Source: an uncultured delta proteobacterium
GTDB taxonomy: Bacteria; Desulfobacterota; Binatia; Binatales; Binataceae
Assembly: GCA_963808235.1 (NCBI GenBank)
Contig: CAWEEQ010000004.1
Location: 416,001 to 480,000 of the forward strand
Direction of reading: 5' to 3'
Length of the DNA: 64,000 nucleotides
The position numbers and the translations under genes were made by a program. Every line of letters starts with the position of its first letter. Position 1 is the first letter of the stretch. Shown here in pieces: positions 24,357 to 37,242 of the stretch. The notes under the pieces are model-generated. The model ran no database searches. It was not told the origin of the DNA and saw only the letters and a list, made by a program, of their open reading frames with translations.

Positions 24357-26453
24357 ATGGCTCGTCAGACCCCAATAGAACGGGTGCGCAATATCGGCAT
24401 CATGGCCCATATCGATGCCGGTAAGACCACCACCACGGAGCGGGTGCTCTTCTACACCGGTATCAACTACAAGATCGGAGAGGTGCACGACGGCACTGCG
24501 ACGATGGACTGGATGGTGCAGGAGCAGGAGCGCGGAATCACGATCACGTCGGCGGCGACTACGTGTTTCTGGCGCGACAACCGCATCAATATTATCGATA
24601 CGCCGGGACACGTCGATTTCACCATCGAAGTCGAGCGCTCCCTGCGCGTGCTTGACGGGGCGGTCGCGGTCTTTTGCGCGGTCGGCGGCGTCGAGCCGCA
24701 GTCGGAGACCGTCTGGCGCCAGGCCGACAAGTACCGGGTCCCGCGGATTGCGTTCATCAACAAGATGGACCGCGTCGGCGCGGAATTCGAGCGCGTCGTG
24801 CAGGAGATGCGCGACAAGTTGAAGGCAACGCCGCTGCTGTTGCATCTGCCAATTGGCGCCGAAGAAAAATTCACTGGCCTTGTCGATCTGATCGAGCAGA
24901 AGGCGCTCATCTGGGACGAGGATCGTCTCGGCGCGAACTTCCGGGTCGAAGAGATTCCCGACAACCTCAAAGAGCAGGCGCACGGATATCGCGACAAGAT
25001 GATCGAGACGCTCGCCGATCACGACGAGCACATCATGGAGCTGTACCTTGAGGGCAAGCATCCGGACCCCGAAAAGATTCGCGCCGCGATTCGCGCCGCG
25101 ACGCTCAAGATCGCGATTACTCCGGTCCTCCTCGGCAGCGCGTTCCGCAATAAGGGCGTGCAGCCGATGCTCGACGCGGTGGTCGAGTATCTGCCCTCGC
25201 CGCTCGACTTGCCGCCGGTGGTTGGCAAGGTAGGCGACAAGACTGAAGAACGATGGCCGCGTGACGACGCTCCGTTCTCCGCGCTCGCGTTCAAGATAAT
25301 GAACGATCAGCACATGGGTACGCTGACCTTCGTGCGGGTATATTCGGGCACCCTGGAAAGCGGCTCGTCGCTGCTCAATTCGACTCGTGGCAAGCGCGAG
25401 CGAATCGGCCGGATGCTCAAGATGCACGCGAACAAGCGCGAAGACATCACCGAAGTCTACGCGGGCGACATCTGCGCGATCGGGCTTCGCGACACGACTA
25501 CGGGCGACACGCTCTGCGACCCGGCCCATCCGATCGTGCTCGAATCGATCGAATTTCCGGAGCCGGTCATCCAGATCGCAATCGAGCCCAAGACCAAGGC
25601 CGACCAGGAAAAACTCTCCGAGGCGCTCCAGAAGCTCGCCAAAGAGGATCCGTCTTTCCGGGTCAGTGTGAATAAGGAAACCGCGCAGACGCTTATCTCC
25701 GGGATGGGCGAGCTGCATCTCGAGATAATCGTCGATCGGATGCTGCGCGAATTTAAAGTCGACGCCAATATCGGCAAGCCGCAGGTCGCATACCGCGAGA
25801 CCGTCAAGCGGGCAGCGGAAGCCGAGGGCAAGCTGGTCCGGCAGAGCGGCGGTCACGGACAGTACGCTGTGGTCGAGCTTAGAATCGAGCCGCTCGCCAA
25901 GGGCCTAGGCTTCGAGTTCGAGGACGGCACCAAGGGCGGATCGATCTCGCGCAACTTTATTCCGGCAATCGAAGCCGGAGTCAAAGAGGCGATGGAGAAC
26001 GGAGTGCTCGCGGGCTATCCGATGGTCGACATCAAGGCCATCGTGATCGACGGCAAGGAACACGACGTCGACTCGTCGGAACTCGCATTCAAGATTGCGG
26101 GCTCGATGGCGTTCAAGGAAGCTTGCGAAAGAGCCGAGCCGATCCTGCTCGAACCGATCATGGAAGTCGAAGTCGTGACGCCGCAGGAGTTCATGGGCGA
26201 AGTGATCGGCGACTTGAGCGGACGGCGCGGCAAGATTCTCGACATGGAAAATCGCGCCGGCGCCCAGGTGATCGAGGCGCGGGTGCCGCTCGCGACGATG
26301 TTCGGTTACGCGACTCGGGTCCGTTCGATGACCCAGGGCCGCGCGACTTATACGATGCAGTTCGGCGCCTACGAACCGGTGCCGCGAAATATCCTCGAAG
26401 AATTGACAGCACACAACGGCGATGGCGACGACAAAAAGAAAAAGGCGTCGTAG
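24357..26453 (+). CDS. fusA: Elongation factor G
   Basis: [23 protein letters not shown]. Confidence 0.99.
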   Translation: MARQTPIERVRNIGIMAHIDAGKTTTTERVLFYTGINYKIGEVHDGTATMDWMVQEQERGITITSAATTCFWRDNRINIIDTPGHVDFTIEVERSLRVLDGAVAVFCAVGGVEPQSETVWRQADKYRVPRIAFINKMDRVGAEFERVVQEMRDKLKATPLLLHLPIGAEEKFTGLVDLIEQKALIWDEDRLGANFRVEEIPDNLKEQAHGYRDKMIETLADHDEHIMELYLEGKHPDPEKIRAAIRAATLKIAITPVLLGSAFRNKGVQPMLDAVVEYLPSPLDLPPVVGKVGDKTEERWPRDDAPFSALAFKIMNDQHMGTLTFVRVYSGTLESGSSLLNSTRGKRERIGRMLKMHANKREDITEVYAGDICAIGLRDTTTGDTLCDPAHPIVLESIEFPEPVIQIAIEPKTKADQEKLSEALQKLAKEDPSFRVSVNKETAQTLISGMGELHLEIIVDRMLREFKVDANIGKPQVAYRETVKRAAEAEGKLVRQSGGHGQYAVVELRIEPLAKGLGFEFEDGTKGGSISRNFIPAIEAGVKEAMENGVLAGYPMVDIKAIVIDGKEHDVDSSELAFKIAGSMAFKEACERAEPILLEPIMEVEVVTPQEFMGEVIGDLSGRRGKILDMENRAGAQVIEARVPLATMFGYATRVRSMTQGRATYTMQFGAYEPVPRNILEELTAHNGDGDDKKKKAS

Positions 26454-26508
26454 TAGTTGCGCCGGCGCGCCTGAAGGACGGGCAAGGTCTCAACCGGAGG
26501 TTACTTAG

Positions 26509-27699
<1,191 letters not shown>

Positions 27700-27774
27700 G
27701 AGAGCGGGCAGTGTTTGTTTAATCGATCGGGTGATGGAGCGGAGCGCTTAGGAAAATCGGGCGCGGTATTTTAG

Positions 27775-28083
27775 ATGAACGACAAGATACGCATACGCCT
27801 CAAGGCGTACGACTACCGCCTGCTCGATCAGTCGGTGCGAGAAATCGTGGATACTATCCGGCGCACCGGAGGCCGCGTGGCCGGTCCGATTCCGCTGCCG
27901 ACCCGGATTGAACGTTTTACCGTTAACCGCTCGCCGCACGTGGACAAGAAGTCGCGCGAGCATTTTGAAATTCGTACCCATAAACGCCTGCTCGACGTGC
28001 TCGAGCCGACCCAGCAGACCATCGACGCGCTGGGCAAGCTCGACCTGGCCGCAGGCGTGGACGTCGAAATCAAGCTCGAGTAG
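27775..28083 (+). CDS. rpsJ: 30S ribosomal protein S10
   Basis: [27 protein letters not shown]. Confidence 0.99.
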   Translation: MNDKIRIRLKAYDYRLLDQSVREIVDTIRRTGGRVAGPIPLPTRIERFTVNRSPHVDKKSREHFEIRTHKRLLDVLEPTQQTIDALGKLDLAAGVDVEIKLE

Positions 28084-28090
28084 TAGGCCG

Positions 28091-28762
28091 ATGCTGACCG
28101 GATTGATTGGAAAAAAAATCGGGATGACCCAGATGACCGACCCCAGCGGCCGCGTGCGCGCCGCCACGGTCGTGACGCTCGGTCCATGCACGGTCACCCA
28201 GTTGAAGACCGAACCGACCGACGGATACGACGCGGTGCAGGTGACCTTCGGCAAAAAGAAGCTCACCCGCGTGACCAGCGGCGAGCGAGGCCATTTCGCG
28301 CGCGCAAAGGTCGCGGCTGGAATCAAATCGGTCGAATTCGAGCGTCGCGGCGAGGGCGAGCTAAGCCTCGGACAGCCAATCGCGGCGAGCGACGTGTTCA
28401 AGGTCGGCGACCAGGTCGACGTGACCGGCATCTCCAAGGGTCACGGATACGCGGGCGTCATCAAGCGGCATCACTTTTCCGGTTTCCCGGGTTCGCACGG
28501 CACTCATGAGTACTTCCGCCATGGCGGTTCGATCGGCAACCGTTCGTATCCCGGTCGCGTGCGCAAGGGGATGCGGATGGCGGGACAGATGGGCAACGCG
28601 ACTGCGTCGATACTCAACCTCGAAGTGCTAGAGATACTCGCCGAGGACAACGCGGTGGTGATTTCCGGAGCGGTGCCGGGACCTGACGGAGCGATCGTGG
28701 TAGTTCATCATGCGGCCCGGCCGCGGCGTCGCTCGAATGTGAAGGTGGCGGCGAGTGCCTAA
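28091..28762 (+). CDS. rplC: 50S ribosomal protein L3
   Basis: [24 protein letters not shown]. Confidence 0.97.
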   Translation: MLTGLIGKKIGMTQMTDPSGRVRAATVVTLGPCTVTQLKTEPTDGYDAVQVTFGKKKLTRVTSGERGHFARAKVAAGIKSVEFERRGEGELSLGQPIAASDVFKVGDQVDVTGISKGHGYAGVIKRHHFSGFPGSHGTHEYFRHGGSIGNRSYPGRVRKGMRMAGQMGNATASILNLEVLEILAEDNAVVISGAVPGPDGAIVVVHHAARPRRRSNVKVAASA

Positions 28763-29426
28763 ATCAAGTGAAAAGCGTGCGTCGGACCTTCCGTCGGTGA
28801 AGCTGCCGTTGTACTCGGCGGCGCACGAAAAAATCGGCGAATTGGAAGTCGCGGGTGGAGTCTTCGGGCGCGAGGGCGATCTGTCGCTGCTGCACGAGGC
28901 AGTCCGGATGCAGCTTGCGAATCGTCGCGCCGGAACCGCGTCCACCAAGACCAAGGGACTGATTTCCGGCGGCGGACGCAAGCCCTGGCGGCAGAAGGGA
29001 ACCGGCCGCGCGCGTGCGGGCTCGACGCGTTCTCCAATATGGCGCAGCGGCGGAACGATCTTTGGTCCTCAGCCGCGCGACTATTCGTACAAGATGCCGA
29101 AAAAGGCGTGGCGCGCGGCGCTATGTCTTGCGATCTCCGACCGCGCCCGCAACGGCAAGTTGTTTATCGTCGAGTCGCTCGATCTTTCGGAGCCGAAAAC
29201 CAAAGTGGCGAAGGCGGCGCTCGACAAGCTGGGGCTCAAGCACGCGCTGATAATCCTCGGCGCAGACGACCACAAGTTTCTCCGCGCCGCGCGCAACCTC
29301 GCGGCGCACAAGATGCTCGCACTCGAAGGCCTTAACGTTTACGACCTGCTCAACTATCCGGAGCTCGTGATGACGACCAGCACCGCCAAGGCTCTCGAAG
29401 CGCGGTTCGCGGGAGAAAAGAAATGA
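28755..29426 (+). CDS. rplD: 50S ribosomal protein L4
   Basis: KPWRQKGTGRARAGS. Confidence 0.98.
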   Translation: MPKSSEKRASDLPSVKLPLYSAAHEKIGELEVAGGVFGREGDLSLLHEAVRMQLANRRAGTASTKTKGLISGGGRKPWRQKGTGRARAGSTRSPIWRSGGTIFGPQPRDYSYKMPKKAWRAALCLAISDRARNGKLFIVESLDLSEPKTKVAKAALDKLGLKHALIILGADDHKFLRAARNLAAHKMLALEGLNVYDLLNYPELVMTTSTAKALEARFAGEKK

Positions 29427-29710
29427 GTCCCGAAGGGTTGATTATCGCGCCGATCATCACTGAGAAGGGCACGCTGGCCAACGAGAAGGCGGGCCAGGTG
29501 CTGTTCCGGGTTCGCGCGCAGGCGAGCAAGGACACAATTAAGGTCGCGATCGAGGAGCTGTTCAAGGTCACCGTCGTCAAAGTGCGCACCTCTAATTTCA
29601 TGGGCAAGGAACGCCGGCGCGGCGCGATGAAGGGCCGCCAGATGGATTGGAAGAAGGCCTACGTGACGCTGAAGGAAGGCGACAAGATCGAGTTCTTCGA
29701 AGGGATGTAA
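29423..29710 (+). CDS. rplW: 50S ribosomal protein L23
   Basis: PIITEK, WKKAYVTL. Confidence 0.97.
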   Translation: MSPEGLIIAPIITEKGTLANEKAGQVLFRVRAQASKDTIKVAIEELFKVTVVKVRTSNFMGKERRRGAMKGRQMDWKKAYVTLKEGDKIEFFEGM

Positions 29711-29730
29711 TTTAACGGGACGAAGCGAAG

Positions 29731-30561
29731 ATGGCAGTCATACAATTAAATCCGCGCACCCCGGGTCAGCGCTTCATGCAGATTGCGGATTTCTCCGAGC
29801 TCACCAAGAAGGAGCCGGAGAAGAATCTGCTGGTCCCGGTCAAGCGCACCGGCGGACGCAATAATCGCGGGCGCATGACCTCGCGCCATCGCGGCGGCGG
29901 CCACAAGCGCCGGCTCAGGCTGATCGATTTCAAGCGCACTCGCGATGGAATTCCGGCGGTCGTCTTTTCGCTCGAGTACGATCCCAATCGCTCCGCGAAT
30001 ATCGCGCTGCTGCACTACGCCGACGGCGTCAAGACGTACATCCTCGCTCCCGACGGGCTCAAGGTCGGCGCCAAGGTCGAGTCGGGCGAGAACGCGGATA
30101 TCAAGCCCGGCAACGCGCTGATGCTCAAAAATATTCCGGTCGGCACGATCGTACATGCAATCGAGATGAAGCCCGGCGCGGGCGCGCAGCTTGCGCGCGG
30201 CGCGGGCACGCAGGCGCAGTTGATGGCCAAAGAGGGAAAAATGGCGCTGCTCAAGCTGCCCTCGGGCGAGCAGCGGATGGTGCAGGCGCAGTGCCGCGCC
30301 ACTATCGGCCAGGTCGGCAATCTCGATCATGAGAATATTTCGATCGGCAAGGCGGGGCGCTCGCGATGGCTCGGCAAGCGCGGTCACGTGCGCGGGGTTG
30401 CGATGAACCCGGTCGACCATCCGCACGGCGGTGGCGAGGGCAAATCGAAAGGAAACCATCCGCAGTCGCCGTGGGGACAGCCGGCAAAAGGATACAAGAC
30501 GCGCAAGAAGAAACCGTCGGACAATCTGATCGTCAGCCGGCGCCCGCGCGGGAAGCATTAA
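29731..30561 (+). CDS. rplB: 50S ribosomal protein L2
   Basis: [25 protein letters not shown]. Confidence 0.99.
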   Translation: MAVIQLNPRTPGQRFMQIADFSELTKKEPEKNLLVPVKRTGGRNNRGRMTSRHRGGGHKRRLRLIDFKRTRDGIPAVVFSLEYDPNRSANIALLHYADGVKTYILAPDGLKVGAKVESGENADIKPGNALMLKNIPVGTIVHAIEMKPGAGAQLARGAGTQAQLMAKEGKMALLKLPSGEQRMVQAQCRATIGQVGNLDHENISIGKAGRSRWLGKRGHVRGVAMNPVDHPHGGGEGKSKGNHPQSPWGQPAKGYKTRKKKPSDNLIVSRRPRGKH

Positions 30562-30565
30562 TCAT

Positions 30566-30907
30566 ATGGCGAGGTCACTCAAAAAAGGCCCGTTCGTCGA
30601 TGGGCATCTGCTGAAGAAAGTGGGCGCGGCGTCGGCCAGCGGCGACAAACGGATCATCAAGACCTGGTCGCGCCGCTCGATGATAACGCCGGATATGATC
30701 GCGCTGACCTTCGCAGTCCACAACGGGCATAAGTTCATCCCGGTGTACTGCACGGAAAATATGGTCGGGCACAAGCTCGGCGAGTTCTCGCCGACGCGGA
30801 CCTTTCACGGTCACGCCGGCGATCGCAAGGGCGAAGTGAAGCAGGCCGCAGCCCCGGGCGCCGCGCCTGCCGCGCCCACACCGGCTCCTGCAGCGGCCAA
30901 GGCATAA
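30566..30907 (+). CDS. rpsS: 30S ribosomal protein S19 (Ala/Pro-rich C-terminal extension)
   Basis: [22 protein letters not shown]. Confidence 0.98.
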   Translation: MARSLKKGPFVDGHLLKKVGAASASGDKRIIKTWSRRSMITPDMIALTFAVHNGHKFIPVYCTENMVGHKLGEFSPTRTFHGHAGDRKGEVKQAAAPGAAPAAPTPAPAAAKA

Positions 30908-30943
30908 GCAGAAGAGAGAGAAGAGAGAACTGAGTAGAACGAA

Positions 30944-31282
30944 ATGGAATCCGTATCGCGAACCCGCTTTATCAGAATATCCCCGCGCAAGCTTAAGCTT
31001 GTGTGCGAGTTGATCGCGGGCAAGAAAGTCGATCACGCGCTGTCGATTCTTGAGTTCACGCCCAAGAAGGCGGCCCGGTTCGTCTCCAAGACCCTGCTCG
31101 CCGCGATCGCCAACGCGCGCGACCAGCAGAACGTCGACGAAGACAAGTTGTTCGTCAAACGCGCGACCGCCGACACCGGGCCGACCTGGAAGCGATCGCT
31201 GACGCGCTCACATATGCATGCGACGCCGATTCATAAACGCACCAGCCATCTCACGGTAATCGTGGACGAACGGGCGTCCTGA
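30944..31282 (+). CDS. rplV: 50S ribosomal protein L22
   Basis: [19 protein letters not shown]. Confidence 0.96.
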   Translation: MESVSRTRFIRISPRKLKLVCELIAGKKVDHALSILEFTPKKAARFVSKTLLAAIANARDQQNVDEDKLFVKRATADTGPTWKRSLTRSHMHATPIHKRTSHLTVIVDERAS

Positions 31283-31292
31283 GGTCTTTTCG

Positions 31293-31970
31293 ATGGGACA
31301 GAAAGTACATCCGCGCGGATTTCGCCTCGGCATCATCGAGAGCTGGGATTCGCGATGGTACGCGAGCCACGACTACGCGAAATTGCTGCATGAGGATTTG
31401 AAGCTTCGCGATTTCATCAAGAAGCGGCTCTACCATGCGGGAATCTCGCGGATCGAAATCGAGCGGATGGCGAACAAGGCCAAAATAAATATTTATACCG
31501 CGCGCCCGGGAATCGTGATCGGCAAGAAGGGCGCCGAAATCGACAAGCTCAAGCTCGATATACAGAAGCTGATGAAGGGGCGCGATTCGTTCATTAACAT
31601 CCACGAAGTCCGCCGCCCGGACCTCGACCCGCAGCTGGTCGCCGAGAATATCGCGCTCCAACTCGAGCGCCGCGTCGCGTTTCGCCGTGCGATGAAAGAG
31701 GCGGTCACGCGTGCGATGCGAATGGGTGCGCAGGGAGTCAAGGTCCACGTCGCGGGACGCCTCGGCGGTGCGGAAATCGCGCGCCAGGAATGGTATCGCG
31801 AGGGCCGCGTGCCGCTGCAGACATTGCGCGCAGATGTGGCGTATGGATTTGCGGAGGCGCGCACGACTTACGGCCAGATCGGGGTGAAGGTCTGGATTTT
31901 CCGCGGTGAAGTGTTGACCCGCAAGGATGCGGATGCGAAACGCGCGGGCGCGCCTGCGCAGGCGAATTAG
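31293..31970 (+). CDS. rpsC: 30S ribosomal protein S3
   Basis: [27 protein letters not shown]. Confidence 0.99.
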   Translation: MGQKVHPRGFRLGIIESWDSRWYASHDYAKLLHEDLKLRDFIKKRLYHAGISRIEIERMANKAKINIYTARPGIVIGKKGAEIDKLKLDIQKLMKGRDSFINIHEVRRPDLDPQLVAENIALQLERRVAFRRAMKEAVTRAMRMGAQGVKVHVAGRLGGAEIARQEWYREGRVPLQTLRADVAYGFAEARTTYGQIGVKVWIFRGEVLTRKDADAKRAGAPAQAN

Positions 31971-31982
31971 CGAAGAAGGAAG

Positions 31983-32408
31983 ATGCTCGCACCAAAAAAA
32001 GTTAAATGGCGCAAGATGATGAAGGGTCGCGTCCGCGGCGCCGAGTCGCGCGGACTCACGCTTGCGTTCGGCGACTTCGGGCTGAAGTCGCTCGAGACTT
32101 GCCGAATCGACACGCGCGCTCTGGAAGCCGCTCGTATCGCGCTCACCCGTCATATCAAGCGCGGCGGCCGGGTCTGGATTCGCGTCTTCCCCGACAAGCC
32201 CTTCACCAAGAAGCCGGCTGAAACCCGCATGGGCAAGGGCAAGGGCTCGCCCGAGGGATGGGTCGCATGCGTCAGGCCCGGACGGATTCTGTTCGAGATG
32301 GAAGGGGTCGATTACGCGACCGCAAAGGAAGCGATGCGCCTTGCCGCGCACAAGCTTCCGATCAAGACGATCATGATCCAGCGCGAGGAGGGCGGCCTTG
32401 GAGCTTGA
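31983..32408 (+). CDS. rplP: 50S ribosomal protein L16
   Basis: [16 protein letters not shown]. Confidence 0.98.
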   Translation: MLAPKKVKWRKMMKGRVRGAESRGLTLAFGDFGLKSLETCRIDTRALEAARIALTRHIKRGGRVWIRVFPDKPFTKKPAETRMGKGKGSPEGWVACVRPGRILFEMEGVDYATAKEAMRLAAHKLPIKTIMIQREEGGLGA

Positions 32409-32631
32409 CGAACTGCGGCAGATGACCGCGCCCGATCTTCGCGTCAAAGAGCGTGAGGCGCGCGAGGAAGTGTTTCGCTTGCGCCTCAAGCTGCGCACTA
32501 ATCAGCTCGACAATCACGCAAGCTACCGGCGCGCGCGCCGCGAACTTGCGCTTATCATGACATTGCTCGGCGAGAAGACTCGCGCGGAAAGCGCAACGGA
32601 CAAGAAGGCAGGAAATGCGAGAGCGAATTAA
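32398..32631 (+). CDS. rpmC: 50S ribosomal protein L29
   Basis: ELRQMT...FRLR...QLDN...ARRELA; synteny. Confidence 0.92.
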   Translation: MELDELRQMTAPDLRVKEREAREEVFRLRLKLRTNQLDNHASYRRARRELALIMTLLGEKTRAESATDKKAGNARAN

Positions 32632-32869
32632 GCGGCGCGAGGGCACCGTGGTCTCCGCCAAGATGACCAAGACCGTCGTGGTCAAGGTGGACCGCATGGT
32701 CGAGCATCCGCTGTACGGCAAGCGCGTGCGCCGCAGCACCCGGTTCATGGCGCATGACGAGCGCGGGGAATGCAAGGAAGGCGACCGGGTGCAGATAATC
32801 GAGTCGCGTCCGCTCTCGAAACGAAAGCGCTGGCGCGTCAGCCGCGTTCTGAAAAAGGCCGCGGGGTAG
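32615..32869 (+). CDS. rpsQ: 30S ribosomal protein S17
   Basis: [24 protein letters not shown]. Confidence 0.97.
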   Translation: MRERIKRREGTVVSAKMTKTVVVKVDRMVEHPLYGKRVRRSTRFMAHDERGECKEGDRVQIIESRPLSKRKRWRVSRVLKKAAG

Positions 32870-32875
32870 CGCGCG

Positions 32876-33244
32876 ATGGTGCAGGTACAAACAGTTCTCG
32901 ACGTTGCCGACAATTCGGGCGCGCGCAGAGTGATGTGCATCAAGGTGCTCGGCGGCTCCAAGCGCAGATACGCGTCGGTCGGAGATGTAATCGTGGTCGC
33001 GGTCAAAGAGGCGATTCCCAACGCCAAGGTCAAAAAGGGCGACGTGTCGCGCGCGGTGATCGTCCGCACGGCGAAAGAAATCAGCCGCGGCGACGGCAGC
33101 TACATCCGTTTCGACGGCAACTCGGCGGTGCTGCTGGACAAGGATCACGAACCGATCGGCACGCGCATCTTCGGGCCGGTGGCGCGCGAGCTCCGGGCGA
33201 AAAAGTTTTTGAAAATTATCTCACTCGCGCCGGAAGTGCTGTGA
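32876..33244 (+). CDS. rplN: 50S ribosomal protein L14
   Basis: [26 protein letters not shown]. Confidence 0.99.
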   Translation: MVQVQTVLDVADNSGARRVMCIKVLGGSKRRYASVGDVIVVAVKEAIPNAKVKKGDVSRAVIVRTAKEISRGDGSYIRFDGNSAVLLDKDHEPIGTRIFGPVARELRAKKFLKIISLAPEVL

Positions 33245-33277
33245 GAGAATTAGTTCTGTGATCGAAAGAGTTATGTG

Positions 33278-33610
33278 ATGGCATCGCCGAAGTACAAAAT
33301 AAAAAAGAATGACACCGTGATGGTCGTCACCGGCCGCGATCGCGGCAAGACCGGCAAAGTGATGCGCGTGCTGCCGGAGCGCGGCCGGGTGGTCATCGAG
33401 CGGCTCAATATCGTCAAGCGGCACAGCAAGGCGCGCGGCGCGCAGAGCCCCGGCGGCATCGTCGAAAAGGAAGCGCCGATCAATATTTCGAACGTGATGA
33501 TTTTTTGCGATCGCTGCAACGCTCCGGTCCGGGTCGGACTCAAAATCGCCGACGACGGCGCGAAGAGCCGGGTCTGCCGGCGCTGCGGCGAGGCAATAGG
33601 TAACGACTGA
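33278..33610 (+). CDS. rplX: 50S ribosomal protein L24 (with CxxC...CxxC)
   Basis: KOW motif [19 protein letters not shown]. Confidence 0.97.
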   Translation: MASPKYKIKKNDTVMVVTGRDRGKTGKVMRVLPERGRVVIERLNIVKRHSKARGAQSPGGIVEKEAPINISNVMIFCDRCNAPVRVGLKIADDGAKSRVCRRCGEAIGND

Positions 33611-34449
33611 TGGCCGATAAAAAAGAAAAGCCGGACAAGGCGGAGCAGGCCGCGAAGGCGGAGCAGACTGCCAAGTCCGATCAGGCCGCCAAGGCCAAGC
33701 GCGAAGGCAAAGCCAGGCAGGCCGAGCAGAAAAAGGCGGCCGAAGAGGCCAAGGCCGCGGCCGCGGTGCCGCTGCCGCCGGAGCCGAAGCTGCCGGCGCG
33801 GCTCCGAGTGCGCTTCGAGGAGGAGATCGCGCCAGCCCTGATGCGCGAGCTCAAGATCGAAAACCGGATGCGGGTTCCGCGGCTCGAGAAGATCACGATT
33901 AACATGGCGCTGCAGGAAGCTCGCGACAACGTGAAGATTCTCGACTCGGCGCTCGAGGAATTGAAAGTGATCACCGGACAGAAGCCGGTGCTGACCCGCG
34001 CGCGTAAGGCGATTTCGAATTTCAAACTGCGCCAGGGGATGCCGATTGGCGTGATGGTTACGCTCCGGCGCGAGAAGATGTGGGAATTTTTCGACCGCTT
34101 GGTGAATATCTCCTTGCCGCGCGTGCGTGACTTCCGCGGCGTCAGCGACAAGGCATTTGACGGGCGCGGCAATTACTCGCTCGGGCTGAAGGAACATACG
34201 ATCTTTGCCGAGCTGAATCTCGACAAGGTCGAGAAGGTGAAGGGACTTACGATTTCAATTACGACCACCGCGCGTACTGACTTCGAGGGGCAGACGCTGC
34301 TCCGCGCGCTCGGGATGCCGATGCGCGGCGCGTCGGAGCGTGAGGCGGACGAGGCCAAAGCAGCAGCCGCCCTCAAGGCCGCCGCTGCCGCGAAGGCCGC
34401 GGCGATCGCGGAAGCGCAGCCGCCGCCCGAGACACCGAGCGAGGCATGA
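33610..34449 (+). CDS. rplE: 50S ribosomal protein L5 with long N- and C-terminal extensions
   Basis: [28 protein letters not shown]. Confidence 0.97.
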   Translation: MADKKEKPDKAEQAAKAEQTAKSDQAAKAKREGKARQAEQKKAAEEAKAAAAVPLPPEPKLPARLRVRFEEEIAPALMRELKIENRMRVPRLEKITINMALQEARDNVKILDSALEELKVITGQKPVLTRARKAISNFKLRQGMPIGVMVTLRREKMWEFFDRLVNISLPRVRDFRGVSDKAFDGRGNYSLGLKEHTIFAELNLDKVEKVKGLTISITTTARTDFEGQTLLRALGMPMRGASEREADEAKAAAALKAAAAAKAAAIAEAQPPPETPSEA

Positions 34450-34460
34450 GGAACAACTGA

Positions 34461-34646
34461 ATGGCGAAAACGTGCCTGCGGGTCAAAGCGACCCGAAAAC
34501 AAAAATTCAAAGTGCGGCAGTATAATCGATGCCCGCTATGCGGCCGCGCGCGCGCATACTATCGGCGCTTCAAGATGTGCAGGCTATGCCTGCGCAAGCT
34601 GGCACTCGACGGAAAGCTGCCCGGCGTGATCAAGGCGAGCTGGTAA
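34461..34646 (+). CDS. rpsN: 30S ribosomal protein S14, type Z
   Basis: 61 aa, CPLCGR...[12 protein letters not shown]. Confidence 0.97.
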   Translation: MAKTCLRVKATRKQKFKVRQYNRCPLCGRARAYYRRFKMCRLCLRKLALDGKLPGVIKASW

Positions 34647-34653
34647 AGAAATT

Positions 34654-35052
34654 ATGTCGCAGACCGATCCGATCGCAGAACTGCTCACGCGAATCCGCAA
34701 CGCGATGCGTGCGCGATACAACGAGCTCACGGTGCCCCATTCGCGGCTGCGCGAAGCAATATGCCGCGTGCTGATGGCCGAGGGATTTCTCGCCGGCGTC
34801 GAAGTGGGCGGCGAAGTGCCCAAGAAGATGCTCGCGCTGAAGCTCCGCTACTCGCCGACTCGCGAGTCGGTAATTCGCGGAATCGACCGAATCAGCAAGC
34901 CGAGCCAGCGCCGCTACGCGGGCGTCGGAGAAATCGGCAAGGTGCGGGGCGCGATGGGCGTGCAAATCGTGTCGACGCCGCTCGGCGTGATGACCGGGCG
35001 CGAAGCGCGCCGGCGCAAAGTCGGTGGCGAAATTCTCTGCAGGGTCTGGTAA
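34654..35052 (+). CDS. rpsH: 30S ribosomal protein S8
   Basis: DPIAELLTRIRNA, STPLGVMT, GGEILC. Confidence 0.98.
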   Translation: MSQTDPIAELLTRIRNAMRARYNELTVPHSRLREAICRVLMAEGFLAGVEVGGEVPKKMLALKLRYSPTRESVIRGIDRISKPSQRRYAGVGEIGKVRGAMGVQIVSTPLGVMTGREARRRKVGGEILCRVW

Positions 35053-35075
35053 GCTACGGGGTTTGGTAAAGTAGA

Positions 35076-35627
35076 ATGTCGCGGATAGGAAGACTGCCGA
35101 TTCATCTCGATAAGAGCGTCAAGGCCTCGCTCGCGGGAGACCTGCTCAAAGTCGAAGGGCCCAAGGGGAAGCTCGAACTCAAGCTTCATCCGGGCTTCAG
35201 CGTCGATATCAGCGACGGGCAGATCGTCGTCAAGCGTCCCGGCGATACTCATGAGGAACGCTCCGTGCACGGCCTGATGCGCAAGCTGATTGCCAACATG
35301 GTCGAGGGCGTCGGCAAGGGTTTCACCCGCGTGCTCGAGATAAACGGCGTCGGCTACCGCGCGGAAGCCAAGGCGCAGCAAGTCAATCTGACGCTCGGCT
35401 ACTCGCATCCGATCGTGTATCAGCTTCCGCCCGGCGTGACTGCCAAAGTCGAGCGGCAGGTGCTGGTCACGCTGGAGAGCGCCGATCGGCAATTGCTCGG
35501 AACGGTGGCGGCGCAGATTCGCGAGCTCCGGCCGCCGGAACCGTACAAGGGCAAGGGAATCAAGTACGCGACCGAAACGATTCGCCGCAAAGCGGGCAAA
35601 GCCGCAGCCGGCTCGACCTCGGCATAG
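35076..35627 (+). CDS. rplF: 50S ribosomal protein L6
   Basis: MSRIG, GVGYRA, PEPYKGKGI. Confidence 0.98.
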   Translation: MSRIGRLPIHLDKSVKASLAGDLLKVEGPKGKLELKLHPGFSVDISDGQIVVKRPGDTHEERSVHGLMRKLIANMVEGVGKGFTRVLEINGVGYRAEAKAQQVNLTLGYSHPIVYQLPPGVTAKVERQVLVTLESADRQLLGTVAAQIRELRPPEPYKGKGIKYATETIRRKAGKAAAGSTSA

Positions 35628-35645
35628 TACCAAGGTTATTTGCTT

Positions 35646-36008
35646 ATGGCTCAAGAGCGATCAGAAAAGCGAGCGTTGCGACGCGGCCGAGTCCGCCGCA
35701 AGGCGATTGGCAACGACGAGCGTCCTCGGCTGTCGGTGTTCCGCTCGCTGCAACATATATACGTGCAGGTGATTTCCGACCAGACTGGACGCACGCTCGC
35801 GGCGGCCTCCACCTCGAGCGCCGACGTGCGCGAGGGACTGAAGAGCAAGCGCAATCTTGCCGCAGCCAAAGCAGTCGGCAAGGCGATCGCCGAGCGATGC
35901 CTCAAGAGCGGGATTTCCAGCGTGGTGTTCGACCGTAACGGATTTCTTTATCACGGACGGGTCAAGGCGCTTGCCGACGCGGCGCGCGAAGCGGGGTTAA
36001 AGTTTTGA
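35646..36008 (+). CDS. rplR: 50S ribosomal protein L18
   Basis: [20 protein letters not shown]. Confidence 0.98.
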   Translation: MAQERSEKRALRRGRVRRKAIGNDERPRLSVFRSLQHIYVQVISDQTGRTLAAASTSSADVREGLKSKRNLAAAKAVGKAIAERCLKSGISSVVFDRNGFLYHGRVKALADAAREAGLKF

Positions 36009-36040
36009 ACGGAAGGCAACGAACGCTCCGGGAAGGCACC

Positions 36041-36550
36041 GTGGTTGCGCGAATCGATCCACAGGGTCTCGAGATCAAAGAGAAGGTCGTGCATATCAAC
36101 CGCGTCGCGAAGGTCGTGAAGGGCGGACGCCGATTCAGCTTCAGCGCCCTGGTCGTGGCGGGCGATCACAACGGACTGGTCGGCTTCGGGCTTGGCAAGG
36201 CCAACGAAGTGCCCGAGGCGATTCGCAAGGGCGTCGATCGCGCCAAGAAGAGCCTCGTGCGCGTGCCGATTCAGGACGGTACGATTCCGCATGAAGTGGT
36301 CGGACGTTTTGGTGCGGGCCGAGTCGTGCTGAGGCCGGCGGCCGAGGGTACTGGAGTGATCGCGGCGGGCGGCGTGCGCGCGGTTGTCGAGCTTGCGGGA
36401 ATCCGCAACATTCTGACCAAGCGGCTCGGCTCCTCGAATCCGCATAACCTGGTCAAGGCGACGCTCGAGGCGCTCGCCGAACTGCGCAGCACCGAAGATA
36501 TCAATCGTCTCCGCGGACGCGTCCCGAATCATCCCGAAGCCGCCGCGTAA
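36041..36550 (+). CDS. rpsE: 30S ribosomal protein S5
   Basis: [23 protein letters not shown]. Confidence 0.98.
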   Translation: MVARIDPQGLEIKEKVVHINRVAKVVKGGRRFSFSALVVAGDHNGLVGFGLGKANEVPEAIRKGVDRAKKSLVRVPIQDGTIPHEVVGRFGAGRVVLRPAAEGTGVIAAGGVRAVVELAGIRNILTKRLGSSNPHNLVKATLEALAELRSTEDINRLRGRVPNHPEAAA

Positions 36551-36570
36551 TGAGATGAGAGGTCGTTAGC

Positions 36571-36753
36571 GTGTCAGATAAAATTCGCGTCAAGCTGGTT
36601 CGAAGTCCGATCAGCACCACCCGCCGAGTGCGCGAAACCGTCAAGGGACTGGGGCTGGGCAAGGTCGGCAGCGAGCGCGAGCTCAAGCGCAGCGCCGCGG
36701 TCGAAGGGATGATCAAACGCCTGAAACATCTGGTCGTCGAGCTGAAGGACTGA
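36571..36753 (+). CDS. rpmD: 50S ribosomal protein L30
   Basis: LVRSPI...LGL...GMI..LKHLV; synteny. Confidence 0.94.
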   Translation: MSDKIRVKLVRSPISTTRRVRETVKGLGLGKVGSERELKRSAAVEGMIKRLKHLVVELKD

Positions 36754-36775
36754 AAGCTCAAATGGATTTGCAATA

Positions 36776-37242
36776 ATGGATCTGAAGGATTTAAAGCCGT
36801 CGCCCGGCTCGACCCATCGCAAACGCCGCGTGGGCCGCGGAATCGGTTCCGGTCACGGCAAGACCGCCGGCCGCGGACACAAGGGCCTCGGCGCGCGCTC
36901 GCACGGCAACACGCCGCCAAGCTACGAAGGCGGCCAGATGCCTCTGCAGCGCCGCTTGCCAAAGCAGGGATTTCGCCGCACGCTGAAGAATGAAGCCCGT
37001 CGTGCCGAGTTTGCGATTGTAAATCTGTCCCGGCTGAACGACTTCGAGGCGGGCGTCACGATCGACGCGGCCGCGCTCGCGGCGCGTGGACTTATCCCGG
37101 CCGGGCGCAAAGTTAAGGTTCTCGGCGACGGCGATCTTAAGAGTAAGATTACAGTGCGCGCCGATGCGTTCTCGAAAGCGCGCGTGACAAAATCGCCGCC
37201 GCGGGCGGCGTTGCGGAGATGGTAACGCCCACCGATAGCTAA
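36776..37242 (+). CDS. rplO: 50S ribosomal protein L15 (one base missing near 37177)
   Basis: RVGRGIGSG, EGGQMPL; adding one A restores FSKSARDKIAAAGG with the stop abutting the secY ATG. Confidence 0.95.
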